A DNA stretch of 64,000 bases, taken from assembly GCA_010093605.1 (NCBI GenBank), contig MU004196.1, forward strand, positions 1,014,606 through 1,078,605, in the 5' to 3' direction. Every line of letters starts with the position of its first letter. Position 1 is the first letter of the stretch. Position numbers and translations under genes: made by a program. Origin of the DNA: Lophium mytilinum. Lineage: Eukaryota. The notes under the pieces were generated by a model that saw only the letters and a program-made list of their open reading frames with translations, had not been told where the DNA came from and ran no database searches. This document shows positions 26,758 through 40,542 of this stretch, piece after piece.

Positions 26758-29700
26758 TCAGCCCGATGTATCCATCGGCTCTCCCCCATCCGCCTTCTCG
26801 GAGAGGACAGACTCCCGAGCAGCCTGGGCCTCGGCTCGCTTCTGAGTCTTCCAGGCATTTATCTGCGCCTTCAATTCCTCGTTCGGAATTACATCCTCGA
26901 TCTTCAGAGGGGAACGATTGAAAGGGTCGTTCGGATCACTCAGCAAGTGACTCTGGATAGTGCTGCGGTCGATGGTGACTTTGCTCGTTGGCAATATCAC
27001 TGGATCTTCCATCAGCGAAGCGAGCAATGGATCCGTGAATTCGTCGGGGACTTCGCCGAAATCAAGTTCCTCTTGATCTTCGGCTTCCTTGGTGTTCTGG
27101 ATGACGATTGCTAATTGCTCCCACTCTTTCATTTGCTCGGCGGATTTTAATGCGTGCTTTTGCATGATTGAGAGAGCGTTGGTGAAGATCTGAGGTTTAT
27201 ACGATCTTCCATCGCGAGCAACGGCCTTCTGGAAATTTTCTTTGTATTGGAGATTGAGGTAAACGTCCGAAATCTCAGAGAGCATAGTCTTAGGATTCCA
27301 GCCGTACTCCTCGCCATTTTCGACCTTGAGGTTCGAGCTTTTCGGTCCTACCAAAGCATCCAGGTTGTAGTCGAGCATGTCCGCCAGTCGCTGAACTATC
27401 TCGGATTTCGTGAAAGAGTCACTCAGCGCCTCGGTGAAAAGCTTGAGCATAGAAACGGTTTCGTTGGTCAATTGCATGTAACTTTTAGCCTTGCTTTGCG
27501 CACTTGCAAGAGCTTCTTCCTTTTCTTGTCGAGTAGTCTCTTCCATAGAATCTCGAGCCTTGAGTTCTTTATGGAGATCGTGAATCTGTTTGAAGGCGGT
27601 GAACGATTCATCCAGGACGAATGTCACGTCGTTAAGTAGGAGATTGACAAAGCGGACGAAGAAGTCGAGGTTGACCCTATCATATATTAGCTGTGATTAT
27701 GTGGCTACAGTCTGAGGATGACTGACCTTGCCTCCGTAGCCAAGTTGTCGCGGTAGATCGTGTTCGCCCAGACACACTTGATGACTTGGAAGATCTCGTA
27801 GCGAATATTGAATTTATCAAAGAACTGAGTATGTGCCCCAGTGCTTTCGCATTCAATGTAGAATTTCATCAGAGCATGCAGTAGATGGTCGGTCGCGAAA
27901 TCGGAACCATAGAGGACATCTCCGAGAACACCTTTGGCCCGTCCGCGCACCGGCCAGACACCATGAAATAGGATGGTGATTAACCCAGACTTCAAGTACG
28001 GATTCTTTATGTATTCCGAGCTCCGGAGGAACGTGATACACACCACTACTAACTCCTCGCACTGAGTTGATGTGATGATGTGGGGTATGTTGCGTGTGAT
28101 AAACTTGAAGTTATCGACTACGTCTTCAAGGAAGTACTCCGGTAAGCACTTGAAGACTTCAGGCTGATCTGCGTTGAGCGGAAGCGGTAACGCTTTCTTG
28201 GGGAAAACCGAGCCTGGAGAAACAATCCGCAGCAGCCACACAATGACATATCGCATAAACTGCATGGACCTAGATTGCGCGAGCTCATCAAAGAGGACCC
28301 CTTGTGTTGCCAAAATGGTGCATTGGCCCTTTTCCAGAGCGGTCTTCAGTTTCTTCACGTGGGCTTCGTACAGCGCAAGTTGTGTGGGGTTCTGGATAGG
28401 ATTAGTCTGGGCCACCTCCTGTATGCTGTGAGATTACCTGTGAGAACTTGTGTCGCTCTAGCTCGAACTTTTCTAGCTGTTTCTCCATCCATTTGACGTC
28501 TTTTTGGAGCTGGCCAAGCTTGGTGTTGACGGCCTCGGTTCCATAATGGTGAGCAGCGACTGTAAGGAAGAATATTTCTGTGATGAAGTTATTCTTCCCA
28601 CTTGCAACATGGCTGTAAAATTCATCCGACTCATGCTGATCAGCGTTGATCTTGGTCTCGTCTTCGATTGAAACGCGAGGGTTCCTTCGAAGATAATCCA
28701 CGTCAATACGGTCGACCTTCGAGAATGCGGCGTCCATAAAAGGCTCGCAGAGGCGGTCTAGGACCACCGTCACATTGACCATGAATCCATCCGAAGACAC
28801 AGTTTTCTGGTCGACCTGTATGGCTCTACGTTTGTGATTTTCGTTCACAATCAGAGCAAGCCAGTCCAGGATTTTTTCCCGGGACTCTTTTGTCTTGAGG
28901 AAGCAGTTTGCAATATCGAGCAACTCGTCTTGGTGAGTTGCAAGGGTCATACGTAGCGCGTTCTGGGAATTGGCAACATAAGCCTTATCTCGTGTTTGGG
29001 AGCCAGTGAAATAGTTGAGAGCAACTTCGGCCTGCATTGGAGAGAGTCTGAAGAAGGGTCCCAACAAGGTGTCGGTCTCGATTGCCTCTGGAGGCAAATC
29101 CGGAGGAAGAAACATCGGGGACTCCGTCATGGCCACAAGAAGCGGATGATAGCGTGCAAAGTTACGCATGGCCTACGGCTTGTTAGTGGACTCCAGTAGT
29201 GTCGATAAGTGAGACTCACCAGCATATATGGCTTCGTGTTATCGTTCATGGATAACCTGGAGAGCTGTTGACTCAGAGCTTCCATCGCCGCAACCAATGC
29301 CTCCTTGACAGTCTCGTCTTCGTTGAACCTAGTCACAGCTTCGGTCAAGAACTCGTGGCAGATTCCACGATCATTCTCAGAGTCTACCAGGAGATGTTGT
29401 GCTAGAGCGTTTTCTGAGGGCTGTTCCTGTCCAAACATCTCTGGGATGGTGGCTGCAAAGATGCAGTAACTAAAGCATAATCGCCGAGCCTCCTTCAGAA
29501 CTTTGAATCGAGGATCGTCCTTGTTACTGCCTCGCATGCCGCGAAATAGTTTAGAGACCCTCTTCCAGCATCCTAGTAGATAATCAAGGGGCTTCCCGTC
29601 TGGCAGATTGGATGCAGCCTCAACTATCGCCTGGTCCAGCACATCGGTTTGAAGCTGAACAGGTCGTTCATTCTCCTCCAACTCCTTTCTAACTTCCTGA

Positions 29701-30160
29701 ACATATGACAAGCGATGGCCGTGGAGGTCCTTCGTGGCGCTGGGATCCAATGTGATACGGAATATGCTGCTCAGCGTTCTATCCGCCCATGCGCCAGGCT
29801 GCGGGTTGGGGGTGGAGCGTGTATCTGAGGTTCCGTCACCCACCAGTGGCGGAGAAGCCTTCCTCTTGATGTTGATACGGGGTTTCGGGTCTGTTTTTAT
29901 GCCGAGTTGGGAGAACGGGTTGCTCGGCGCTGGCGACTGCTCTGGTGGCGGGGCAGCGGTGCTCTCGTCGAGCTTCGGGGTTGAAGGAGTATTTGGGGAG
30001 TTCTCTTGCAAAGGAGTCGTGCTAGAGCTTCCACTAGCTGCGGGCGGTCCACCGAGCTTCGCCAGGCGCTTCATGCGGATCTATATTGTGTTAGTCGCAC
30101 CTCGCTCGTGAGCTTATGCGAGTAGCCCACCTTGTCCGCGTCGGACATGGAATCACCCAT
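26758..30160 (-). CDS. UFD2: Ubiquitin conjugation factor E4 (U-box)
   Basis: DADK|IRMKRLAKL, QFFDKFNIRYEI and U-box VPDEFTDPLLASLMEDPV...DPFNRSPL; four introns join the ORFs. Confidence 0.95.
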
Positions 30161-32067
30161 GTTGAGAGATGGGGGAGAAATAAAGGGCTCCTGTGGTCGG
30201 TAGAGGCGTAGAGGTAGGTGAGGGCGGCAATAGAAGCGAAGAAGGTTGGTGGTTGGTATGAAGGTAGGCTGCAAGCTGTTCAGCCTTGAGGTCTCGATGA
30301 TGCACAGTAGGCGCCAGCAAGGTTAGGCGAGTGGTCGGAAATAAATGTTCCAAAAGTTCCCCGCCAAACAATGCGCGGAGATTGAGCTTGAGGGACGGAG
30401 GTAGAGTATTTACTACACGAAGCCGCACAGGGCTCAGGGGCCTTTGTAATGAATTAGAAGCTTCGATGGGGTTCTGCGGTTTGTTGCCGCCGACGATTCC
30501 CATATCGCAATCACTGTTCGCAGTCATAAGCGGTATCTAGTCACTCCAAGTTACTGCTCGAATTCATCAGATACCTGGCCAAGGGGCAGTATCTCACCAT
30601 TGAAGAGATATTAAAGTGTTACGAGTGGCTGATGGAACTCTATTTCACTATCTAGACCGTCCTGTCCAATCAGAATGCCTAGCTCAAATGATACTTCAAC
30701 ACAACAGCAAGTCCCAGCGATAGGCCCATAAGTCGCGGTAGACTAATAATCCGAGCTCTTTTACAATGGATGCAGAAAGCACGTGCCCTTTCCTAGAAAG
30801 TCGCGAATCACATGGATAGTTTCACAAGATCTTGTCCCAGCCCTCATCTATTCCTGTCAAGCATGCAAAGCGTTCTACGTCTGACGATGTCTATTTTGAC
30901 TACCATTATACTCCATGTCTACTTAATACTACTGTAGATTCTTCAAGAGCAAGGTACAATGAGACCACACGTGAGCGCCAGGTCCTAAGAGCGAACCTTC
31001 ACCGCGGGACGCACGGAGGCCTCATGCGGGCATGGAGTCTAGCTGAAGCGTGGCTGGTGCCAAGCCAATTGGGGGTCTGCGAGAAACGTTGAGCCGCCCG
31101 GCTGAGTGAGACTTTGGAGTGTGAGGGAACATGTGAGACGGGAGTGACGGAGGGTTTGTTGCAGATTAGCACAGCGGGCGTTGCTCCATGACGGAGCTGT
31201 CAACTGCGCCACAGGGCCGTAAATGTGCTATCAATTCGTCTGCCTGAGACACACAAAGACGTGGAGGCCGAGAAGCCCTCCGGAGGGGGACATCACAGCT
31301 GAGTTGTGGTCATCTGGCAGCCTGAATGCACCGCAGCAACATCTGGGGGCCCCTTATTGGCAAAGAAAATGCCGCGAACCACAGGATATCAGACCAGGCT
31401 GCTCTTTAACTTTTCTAACGCCAAAGGTCGAGAGGTATCGCAACGGAGAGTCGCCAATGCTGCGGCGGATGAAGCGGGTGACGCTGCACGCTAGTTCTGT
31501 TGTGAAGGAGAGGACAGACAGCTCCAGGATGCTCCAGGGAGCTTTTGAGGGCTGGCGGTGAATACTGGTAAGCAGGATAGACGTCTGGCAAAGAGAGGAG
31601 TCGGTGGAGAGACGTATGGAGCGGAAAGCCTCTGCCACCCGGCGCGCACCGCTTTATCAGTTGCGTGGAAGGGCGCCTTGGAAGCTTGCTGGACACCGCT
31701 CTGGGCTGCCTACCTACTCCCCCAGCTGCAGCATAAACAGCAGCTCTGCAGTTCCCCTCTCCCGCTCAGCAGCATCATCTTCACCTCTTCAGCATTCTGT
31801 TTTCTGCCCGCCCGTAGCATCAGTACCAGCCCCCTCCCCCCCGTGCCACGCCTCTTCTTACGCCACTCGCTCGCTGCGGCTGTGTTTGTCTCTGCGACAG
31901 CAACCGAACCGTGCCCAGGTGCGTCCCTGCCGCTCAAGGCACTCCTCCACACCCAAACGAACCTACTTCAACAACCTCCTCCCCATCACCGTCGTCTCTC
32001 ACCCGCCGACGCCGCTCACTCTCGCACTGCTCGCACATCCAGCTCACACTCGCAGCAGCTTCTCACC

Positions 32068-32995
32068 ATGACTTCTGAAATCCGACGCAAGCTCGTCATT
32101 GTCGGCGACGGCGCCTGCGGCAAGACCTGCCTGCTCATGTAAGTTCACCACCTCCAGCGCCCTGGCCGCCGCCGCCTGGCCATCGAGCAGCATTGTACTG
32201 ACTGCCGTCTGCTGCCAGCGTCTTTTCCAAGGGCACCTTCCCTGAGGTCAGTCGATTCGACCCCGTCCTCTCCCAATCCGAGCTGCGTCAGCCTCCAGCC
32301 TACTAGCCCAGCGTGGCTATCATACCATTCATTACTCGCCCCATCACCCTGATCGACACTGACGATATGGCGTGCATAGGTCTACGTTCCCACCGTCTTC
32401 GAGAACTACGTTGCCGATGTCGAGGTCGACGGTAAACACGTAGAGCTGGCTCTCTGGGATACTGCTGGCCAGGAGGATTACGACCGTCTCCGACCGCTAT
32501 CTTATCCCGACTCCCACGTCATCCTCGTCTGCTTTGCCGTCGACTCCCCAGACTCGCTTGACAACGTCCAGGAGAAAGTAGGAATCCCCGTCTCGGCTCA
32601 CGTGCCGATCATGCATGCTAACAATCAACGCTATCGTAGTGGATCTCCGAAGTCCTCCATTTCTGCCACAGCCTCCCCATCATCCTCGTCGGCTGCAAGA
32701 AGGATCTGCGGTACGACCCAAAGACCATTGAGGAGCTGCACAAGACCTCGCAGAAGCCCGTGACGACTGAGCAGGTTCGTCACCTTATCTCCGGCACCAA
32801 CCCCGAACCACATTCACTAACACATATCAGGCTGAGGAAGTCGCCAAGAAGATCCAGGCCATGAAGTACCTCGAGTGCTCGGCCAAGACGAACGAGGGTG
32901 TCCGGGAAGTCTTCGAGCACGCCACCCGCGCGGCTCTAATGAACAAGCAAGGCCGTGGCAGTAAGAGCAAGGGAAAGAAGTGCGTGGTGTTGTAG
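32068..32995 (+). CDS. RHO1: Rho1 GTPase (5 exons)
   Basis: [39 protein letters not shown], polybasic tail and CaaX motif CVVL. Confidence 0.95.
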
Positions 32996-34716
32996 GTGGT
33001 GTTTGCTTACTGTCGACCGCGATGGGTGGTGCATACCTCAGCATCCCACCCAGCCATTGCCTGTGGCGGTCAATGCTCGTTTTGCGGTGGTCTCCTGGGT
33101 GGAAAGTTCCTTGTGGTATCGATGGATGAATTTTGGTAGTGGAACGTTGTCTGGTTCTGCGAGTTAGAACTTTCTTTACGGCAACCAACGAGGCGTTCAC
33201 AACTGTGGGTCGTTTGAAATGGCACATCTTGGGGTAGCTCGTGGCCAAGTCTATTCTCAATCAGGAACATGGAAATGAAGTGGAGAGAAGATGGAGAAGA
33301 AGAAGCACATCTGTCTGGATTTTCCTCGCTCGATACCCTCCCCGCATTCGGTCGCTTTCCACCGAATCCCCATGAGCGAAATAGTTTGGCACGGCTAGCT
33401 TTTCTTCTCGAACTATCAAATTTCCCTTTTCTTCATCTCTTGGGAAATGTTTACTATTTCGAGAGCACGCAAAGCAAAGCACAACAATCACCCCCCCAAC
33501 GATCTAGTCTGTTTTTCCCCCTTGCTCATTTCCCTTTTTGCACAACCCACCACTCCACCCCCCACGCTGTCTTTGTTGTCGTCGTAGTCGATTTACTCTT
33601 TCATGGCCTTGCGTTATTCTACATGCGCATTCCTCAAGGTGTAATACTCTTTATCTTACTATGTTGTTGTTTTGTGTTGTTTTTGCGAGTGTCCTACCCC
33701 CATCTGTCTTGTGCTGTCCCCTGTCCGTAGGAAAGAGTCGAATTGAGCGAGTCAAGTATGTTTGTCATGGCTTGTGAAGATGTTCAGTGATGACCTTTTT
33801 GCAAAGGACCCCTGTTCTACGAAATCTTACTTTGGATGTTGATAGTGCTTGGTGCCTTGTGCGTTTGCCTGATTGTGAGGATGGTTGCTGTGACTTGTTG
33901 TGGTGTGTGGTGACGGCGAGCTCGTATTGATCCTGGTCGCGCGAGGCCCGCTGCTGGTGTTGCATGTGCTAATGGTGGGTAGGTCGCACCGCATTGCCTA
34001 GATTTTGTCGTGTTAGGATTGCGGAGTCAGGTCCGTGGGGGCCTGGGGTGGTGGTGATTCTTGGGTATATAGGTGTAGACATGGTATAAAGGTAGCTTGC
34101 TGCCCACTAACTACATGCGTGTATTACAAGCTGCAAGAGTCTATTACTTCGACTCGCTTGTAAGGAAATGTCCAACCTAGTCACGGATATTACCGTACTT
34201 AGATATAATCTACAGACACACTTTTATCTCTCTTAATTCATATCTACGCTACATAAGTATAGAGCGAAAAGAAGTTGCATCTAAGAAGCAACAAACCACC
34301 CTCTCCCGAGGGGTGCAGCCGCCCGGGATGGGGTTTCGCGAGATCCAAGTCCGCAAACTCTTCAATTTGTCAAATCTTCACCAGTTCACGCACTAACTGC
34401 ATACCATACCGTCTCTTCACCAGGCTTCTACGCCGCTCTACGAAACCAGGTCTTCCGGGGTCGGGTTCTATTGAGGAACGATGCCAGCTTTTTAACAGCG
34501 CAAGGTCGAGTCGAGGACTAATCTCGAGACTAACTAGCGACTGGGCCTAGGTGAGGTTCGTCGTCGGTGGTTGTTGGCAACCGCCTCGGGAGGTATATGC
34601 CTGAATTCGATCGTGGGTGTATAGCAAGGAAAAGAAAGGAAGAAAGGAAAAGTACATGAAGTGTGGCCGGTCTTTGTCAATCGAGCTGTTGGGCATGGTA
34701 GTGGAATGAGCAGACG

Positions 34717-34829
34717 GAGGGCCACGATACTCTTCCTTCCGATGCATGTTCCCATGGAATTGAAACGAGGTGTTGGAGAGAGGGCCAAGATACTCTTCCT
34801 TTCGATGCATGTTCCCATGGAACTGAAAC
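34717..34829. repeat. 50-bp direct repeat x2 (period 63)
   Basis: GAGGGCCAmGATACTCTTCCTTyCGATGCATGTTCCCATGGAAyTGAAAC at 34717-34766 and 34780-34829. Confidence 0.85.
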
Positions 34830-35135
34830 TGGTTTTCCAAAATCCAGCGTAGAGGCCCCTAAAGTATGAGGTAAGTTCATGCACTGACTTACATGAATCA
34901 AGTTTTCGCCGTTATTCCTCAAGGCAGTAAGGGTCGGTATATAATGCACAGTCCACTGTCCATGCTCCGATGCGGACTCAAAGTTCCGCCATGAACGCAA
35001 AATGGGAAGCACGAGATGACAGAAAGAGCAAAACTGCTGCATGAATTCTCATCTCACATGAACAAGTATTTTCACCCCAATCACACGGCCATATCGTTAT
35101 AACAATTAAAGCTTAAAAGTCATTCCAGTCTACTT

Positions 35136-38100
35136 TTAGTTACCATCCCGCCCCTTCCCCTTCCACGCCCTAAACGCATCGCCAAAACTCCTCTCATTAG
35201 AAGCAGCATCACCCCGCAACCCCCCCAACGCGGTTCCAAAAACCCCATCCCCGAACCCGGCATCCCCGTTCCTCGTCCCGATATTCACCAACGGTACCAT
35301 AGACGGGCGCCCGTGAGCACACTGAAACGGGAACGCGCACGCACCCAGCTTTCTCACCAACTCCTTGCACTCATCTACGCTCAGCTCGTCATTGAACATG
35401 ATTGCGCTGCGACAAGCTCTTGAGTTCACGAGATCCAACAAGCCCGAGGGACAAGAGCCGATGGAGCGAAGCCAGGGATGAGTTGTCGTAGGCTCTGTAT
35501 CCGTTGACTTCTGGGTAAGACGGGTTAGAGCTTCGGCGAGTTTGTAGACTTCGGAGCGGAGGAGATTGATGAGGAGTTTTGGATCGGAGGTGCAGCGTTC
35601 GGCGATGGCGGGGGGGAGAGTGATGACTGTGAGTGTTGATGGTAGACTGTTGCCTGGAGGCTTGGGGAGAGACTGGATAGGCGAGGTGAGGTTGTATAGG
35701 ATGCCCCAAGCAGCGAAAAGTGGGGCATGCGTGCGGAATAGCTGGCTTTCGTGGGAAGAAAGGGAGAAGCGGAGTGGACTGCTCAGAGTTGTGAAATTCA
35801 CCCGAGACTCGTGGCCTAGATTTGAGCAGAAGGGTACGCGTTTTGATTCAGGAATTGGCATACAGAGGTCGGAGAGCAAGGCTTCGACACGGATGCGTTC
35901 GTCTGCTGCGTGTTGATCGATAAGTACCAACACTACCCCATGACTGTCGTCAAAATTGCCCTTCATCTTAGCAAGGATAAATTTCCTATCCACCTGCGCG
36001 ATCACTGTGGCATGTTGAAGAGCATCCTTTGAAAGTTTACTCGATCCAGAGAGCGACACTTGTTTGAAAGCCTTGTCGAGATCGAAACGGCCGCAATCAT
36101 GTTTTTCAGGGCCAACCTCAGCGGCTTCGACAGCCGGGCCGCTCAGCGAAACTTGTGGTATGCTCAATTCCGCTTGCTTGAAGACAGGATTGTCCCACTC
36201 ATTGAGGACCCCGTTCAGCCATAGATTAGAGGTCTCATCTGTCGTTGCTGGCCTCTTTCTTTGGTGCAGGCGAAGTGATTTATTGTAATCAATTAGACTT
36301 GTAGGCTTCGACGACAAAGATGATTCGGTTTGTGGTCGCTGAGATTCTTTGGGGACAACAAATCCAGTTCTAGCATTGATCAGGAAGGTTTGTCTCGTGG
36401 ATGGATTCGTCCACGTAATCGTCTCGTCAGAGCGAGACAATTCCTGTTCAGATTCGCGCTCATGTGGGCCAGCAATAGTAGGAGATTGCACTTCCATCGC
36501 TCCCGTCGATTCAGCACTGGATAGCGCTTCCGGTGGTCTTAAGCCGCCAAGAAATCCTTGCAAGATAGGCTCAACAATGCAGGGTGAAAATGTGATGGTA
36601 GACGCTTGGTTCTCCTGATCTTGAGAATCATTCTTTCTAAGGCCTGATCTAGTGTTCCAGATCGTGTCGTAGAATCCGCTGTAACCGCTCTTGATTCTGC
36701 TCCATTCTGTAAAAGGCTGAGGTTGGCGCTGTCTCCTAGCTTTTGACCTTGATTTAGTGACAGAATCTGCGGTAGATGGTGTTGACCTCTTCCGCTTTTT
36801 CATGTTCGCGTCTGGTGTCGCCACTCGCACAAGATCTGGATCAGTTTTACTGCGGCCGAAGAAGCTGTGTGTCGCCCTAGGCGGAATCTCCTCTCCTTCA
36901 GGCGGTGAGGGAGACTCATCCGGTTGCTTTTCGAGAGCCTTCCGCTGCTTGCGTGGCCTAAAATGATGAACCGAGAGCCATTGAGTCAACATAGCGCGTA
37001 AGACCTCGACGATCGACTGCAATGTGCTGTCACTTTCTAAAGGCGAAGTCTCAGGTACAGGAGCAGCAGATTGCTCTTTTAGACAGACCCGTAGTGAGAA
37101 CATTGGCCATTTATCGATCCCTTTTCGTGCACCTCTCAATTGACGGTTCGTGAAGCCATCGGTTCTGAATCGCTTGTCGCGCTTCCTGCGTTCTTTCTCG
37201 TGATCGTCGACGTCGGAGGCATCCTCATTTGCACCAAAGCTGGAAAGATTAAAGAGGCGATTGATTTCATCATACAGCTCGTTATGTCCAGATTCTGCGG
37301 ATAATGGTCGAATCCCAAGAGAAAGAAACTGCACTCGTTTGCTTGGCGCTGGCTCAAGAGATATTGCCCCTTTTATACTGATTTGGGATGTGGAAGCAGA
37401 AGCCGGCACCCATGACTTCCAGTCATCTCGTGGAATGTATGAGGCTTGCGTCAGTATGGTAAGCATGTACTGCAGCTCTGGTGCAATCATCTTCTCGCCA
37501 ATGGGTTTTTGCTTAGCAGAAGCCCTCAATGATGCTAGTGATTGTCCGTTCAGCGTGAGATTCCGCATTTTGTCGGCATCCCTGATTCTGATAGAACACT
37601 CTCCTTGCCACCCAAGGACGAGACCAGTCACATCCTTCTTTAAGGCTTCCCAGAGCCGGTCGTGTTCTGCTCCCTCCTCAAGCAGCCGGACTCTCTGCTT
37701 TACTCGAACAGGCATGTTTCCAAAGAGGTCGCGAACAGTCACTCGGGTGCCGTGGTCACGCCAGGTAATATCGTGGTGCGATGGGGCGGGTGTCTGCCTC
37801 GCGATGGGCTTGCAGTGGTGCAGAGTCATGGTGTTGTGAGAGCGATGCTCGTGGTGGTGGGAGGTGATGGTCAAGAGAGACATGGCAGCAAGAGAAGCAA
37901 AGAAGGTCCCATGTCGGCCAAAGGTAGTATCTCCAGAGTTGTATCTTGAAGTATCTACTTTTGTAAGTTTATATACCACGCAAGGTTAGGGAAACATACA
38001 GTACATCCTAACCAAACCGCCACCGTCCCTGAACTCTTGAGGCGCTATACCGAGGCCATTGTCCTCTACAGTACATCCCCCTCGACCGAAGTCGACAGTG

Positions 38101-38323
38101 GCCTCTAGCTTAGTAGCTCCGGCATCCAAAGCATTTTTGAAGAGCTCTACAACCACGCCAGTGAGGGAAGTGACGGCAGTGGATGACTTGATCTGGGCGA
38201 TGACGTCGGCGGGCAGAGGGAGAATAGCTCCAGGGGAACGGTTTCTCAGGGCATCTTTACTGGTGTTCATGCTGCAGCCATTCGAAGTCTGGAGCTCAGG
38301 CATGCGATGGGATGTTGATTGTG
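35136..38323 (-). CDS. MLH3: MutL-family mismatch repair / meiotic crossover protein Mlh3
   Basis: GHKL motifs ELFKNALDAGA and DNGLGI, endonuclease motif DQHAADERIRVE, and SRACRSAIMFND, FQCAHGRPS; one intron near 38.0 kb. Start codon uncertain (38323 or 38270). Confidence 0.92.
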
Positions 38324-39026
38324 GCAGTCCATGCTGATGCATGCAGGTAGAAGTGGCTATCCTGACGTTGACTGGCAAGGAGGAAGCTGCATCCGGCCAT
38401 TCTCAGAGCGTGAAATAGTCAGGCTCGAGGTTTAGCGTGAGATATCTTGGAGGTTGGGCATTCTTTCGGTCATCGGTGGGATGGCAGATCGAAGCTCCAG
38501 CACGGGCCGTTCCTGAGAAAGTCGGGGGCGCAGTGTGGCCCAATGCGTTCAAGACAAGACAGCCTCAACTCCACCAACGTCGCCCTCTCCAGCCATATAC
38601 ACACCCAACTTCCTCCACAGCCTCGCCATTCTTACAGGCTGTCGACCTCCAAACTTATTCACCTCCTCACGCGCTCCCTACCGCGTTGCCAATCACGTCT
38701 GGCGCGCCTAACTCCTGCGTAGCCTCGTCATCGCCAATAAATTCCACGTGGAGCTCGTCGACACCTGTGAATCCACCGCCCAGCTTGCACAACGTCGTCC
38801 GCCCGCCATTCGAAGACTGCCAGCAGGCTTCCTTAGCACAGTATCAAGTTCCTAGCGACTAGTCGGCATGGCGACTGCTGAGCCTGCCGCGCCTCCGCAT
38901 GGTATGCTTTGTCGTCCAATTTAGCGATTGCTTTCGTTGCTTCTTCTCAAAAAGCCACCTGCTCTTATCCGGCTCCAATGCTTCAGCACCTCTAGCTTCT
39001 TTTGCTTTGCTGCTCGCTAACACTTC

Positions 39027-40244
39027 ATGGCGAAAGACCGCCACACCCGCAGACGGCCGTTCGCGGCTTGGATGAAGCGCCTCGCGAACCTCAAGAACTC
39101 ATCTTCCTCAGACGCCCCTAACGGCACTGGCAAGAAGAACCAGTCCGCGTCACAATCGAAGGGCAAAAAGGCTGCTGCGAAGAATAACCCATACCCCGAG
39201 TCAGGCCACTTCCGTAGCAGCAACAATGGACACCTCTCCTTTTCCGATCCGACGTCTGCCTCAAATACCAATGGCAGCTACACATCGCTAGAAGAAGCTA
39301 GCCACCACCGCGCTTTTGCTACAAGCAACAAATCTACCGCGCCGACTGTCGCCACGAACAATGACACGGTTCACTCCGAGACTGGCCAGTCGAAATCAGG
39401 CACAACAAACACCGCAGGGGGTGGCAACAGCACCTTCTCCTCTCCAAACCACTCCGAACGCTCTCTCACAACCACTCTTACAACCATTCAATCGACGGCT
39501 CCGTCCAACCTCCTTGCGCACCCGCACCATGGCCAGGGCGCCCAGGCGGCAGGTTCTGCAAACGGGCCCCCTGTACATTTTTCACACCAGTACCCCATAT
39601 CTCCGCCTGCATCCGCGATTCCCTCGCACCTCGCACCCTCGTCCAATCCGAACACGTACCAAGCGGCAACGGCGAACAACATCCTCACGGATAACGCTTC
39701 CATCCTTACCTTAGCATCGTCGTCTAAGCGCCGCCGCCGGCACTCCGTCGACACCGACGCTTCCGTGCGTGCTTTGGCACCATCCTCGGTATGGGGAGGG
39801 AGTCGCGAGTCTCTTCCTCTCAGTGTGTTGTCCTCAAATGTCGACAACTCCAATATATACAGTCCACAGGGCCGACCAAGCGTCGGCGGTCTCGCTAGTG
39901 CAGAACGCGCAAGTGTGTACTCCTCCTCCGGAGTCGTTGCAGCCGCACCACTCAGCGAGCGCAACAGCTACTATGCTAATAAACAGGGAGTAGACGGCGC
40001 TAGTGTCCGTAGTGGGCTTCTAGGCCATGGCAGGACAGAGAGTATCACCGGGAGTATAGGGGCGACGACGACTACTCCAGCCAGCCCTCTGGCTAGCCCT
40101 ACAAACCAGACTGCCCCTGGCAGGCTGACTCGGCGCAGCTCGGAATGGAAACAGGGCGAGGGTAGTGACGGGGAAGACGAAGAACCGTCTACAGTGACGC
40201 TGACTGAGGATGTGAAAGGAAAGGGCAAGGAAATTGCGGTTTGA
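39027..40244 (+). CDS. Ser/Thr-rich, likely disordered conserved fungal protein
   Basis: 405-aa intronless ORF with low-complexity sequence and motif DNASILTLASSSKRRRRHSVDTDASVRALAPSSVWGGSRESLPLS. Confidence 0.75.
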   Translation: MAKDRHTRRRPFAAWMKRLANLKNSSSSDAPNGTGKKNQSASQSKGKKAAAKNNPYPESGHFRSSNNGHLSFSDPTSASNTNGSYTSLEEASHHRAFATSNKSTAPTVATNNDTVHSETGQSKSGTTNTAGGGNSTFSSPNHSERSLTTTLTTIQSTAPSNLLAHPHHGQGAQAAGSANGPPVHFSHQYPISPPASAIPSHLAPSSNPNTYQAATANNILTDNASILTLASSSKRRRRHSVDTDASVRALAPSSVWGGSRESLPLSVLSSNVDNSNIYSPQGRPSVGGLASAERASVYSSSGVVAAAPLSERNSYYANKQGVDGASVRSGLLGHGRTESITGSIGATTTTPASPLASPTNQTAPGRLTRRSSEWKQGEGSDGEDEEPSTVTLTEDVKGKGKEIAV

Positions 40245-40542
40245 AATCAAATTGTTAGGAAAGGCGCAAGGGGTATATGATATCATGGTGATGGTGCTAT
40301 GGCATAGTTGGAAATGGTGCTCCACACGGATGAATAGCAAAGGCGTGGAATGGGAATCGGGATAGTTATTGGTCAGTCCATGTGGAAGTGGGCATCGTGG
40401 TGCATGGAGCAGTCGTTTGAAACCGGCGTACGGATGGATATCCTTCTATCACTGATACCCTAGGGCACTTTGGGATCGCTACCTGAGATTTGAGCGCTGA
40501 TATTCAATGGGATATCGGGACTTGATTGGGTTTTATAATTGA

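Noticed and set aside
31223..32067. Long upstream ORFs before RHO1 (e.g. the 31558 extension)
   Set aside because: Low-complexity, pyrimidine-rich 5' leader; Rho1 homology starts at ATG 32068.
34717..34829. CRISPR-like 3' end (GGAATTGAAAC)
   Set aside because: Only two copies with a 13-nt gap, and a eukaryotic host.
30161..35135. Telomerase RNA, snRNA, SRP, RNase P/MRP or tRNA in the long intergenic gaps around RHO1
   Set aside because: No TAACCCTAA template or other signature motifs found by eye on either strand.
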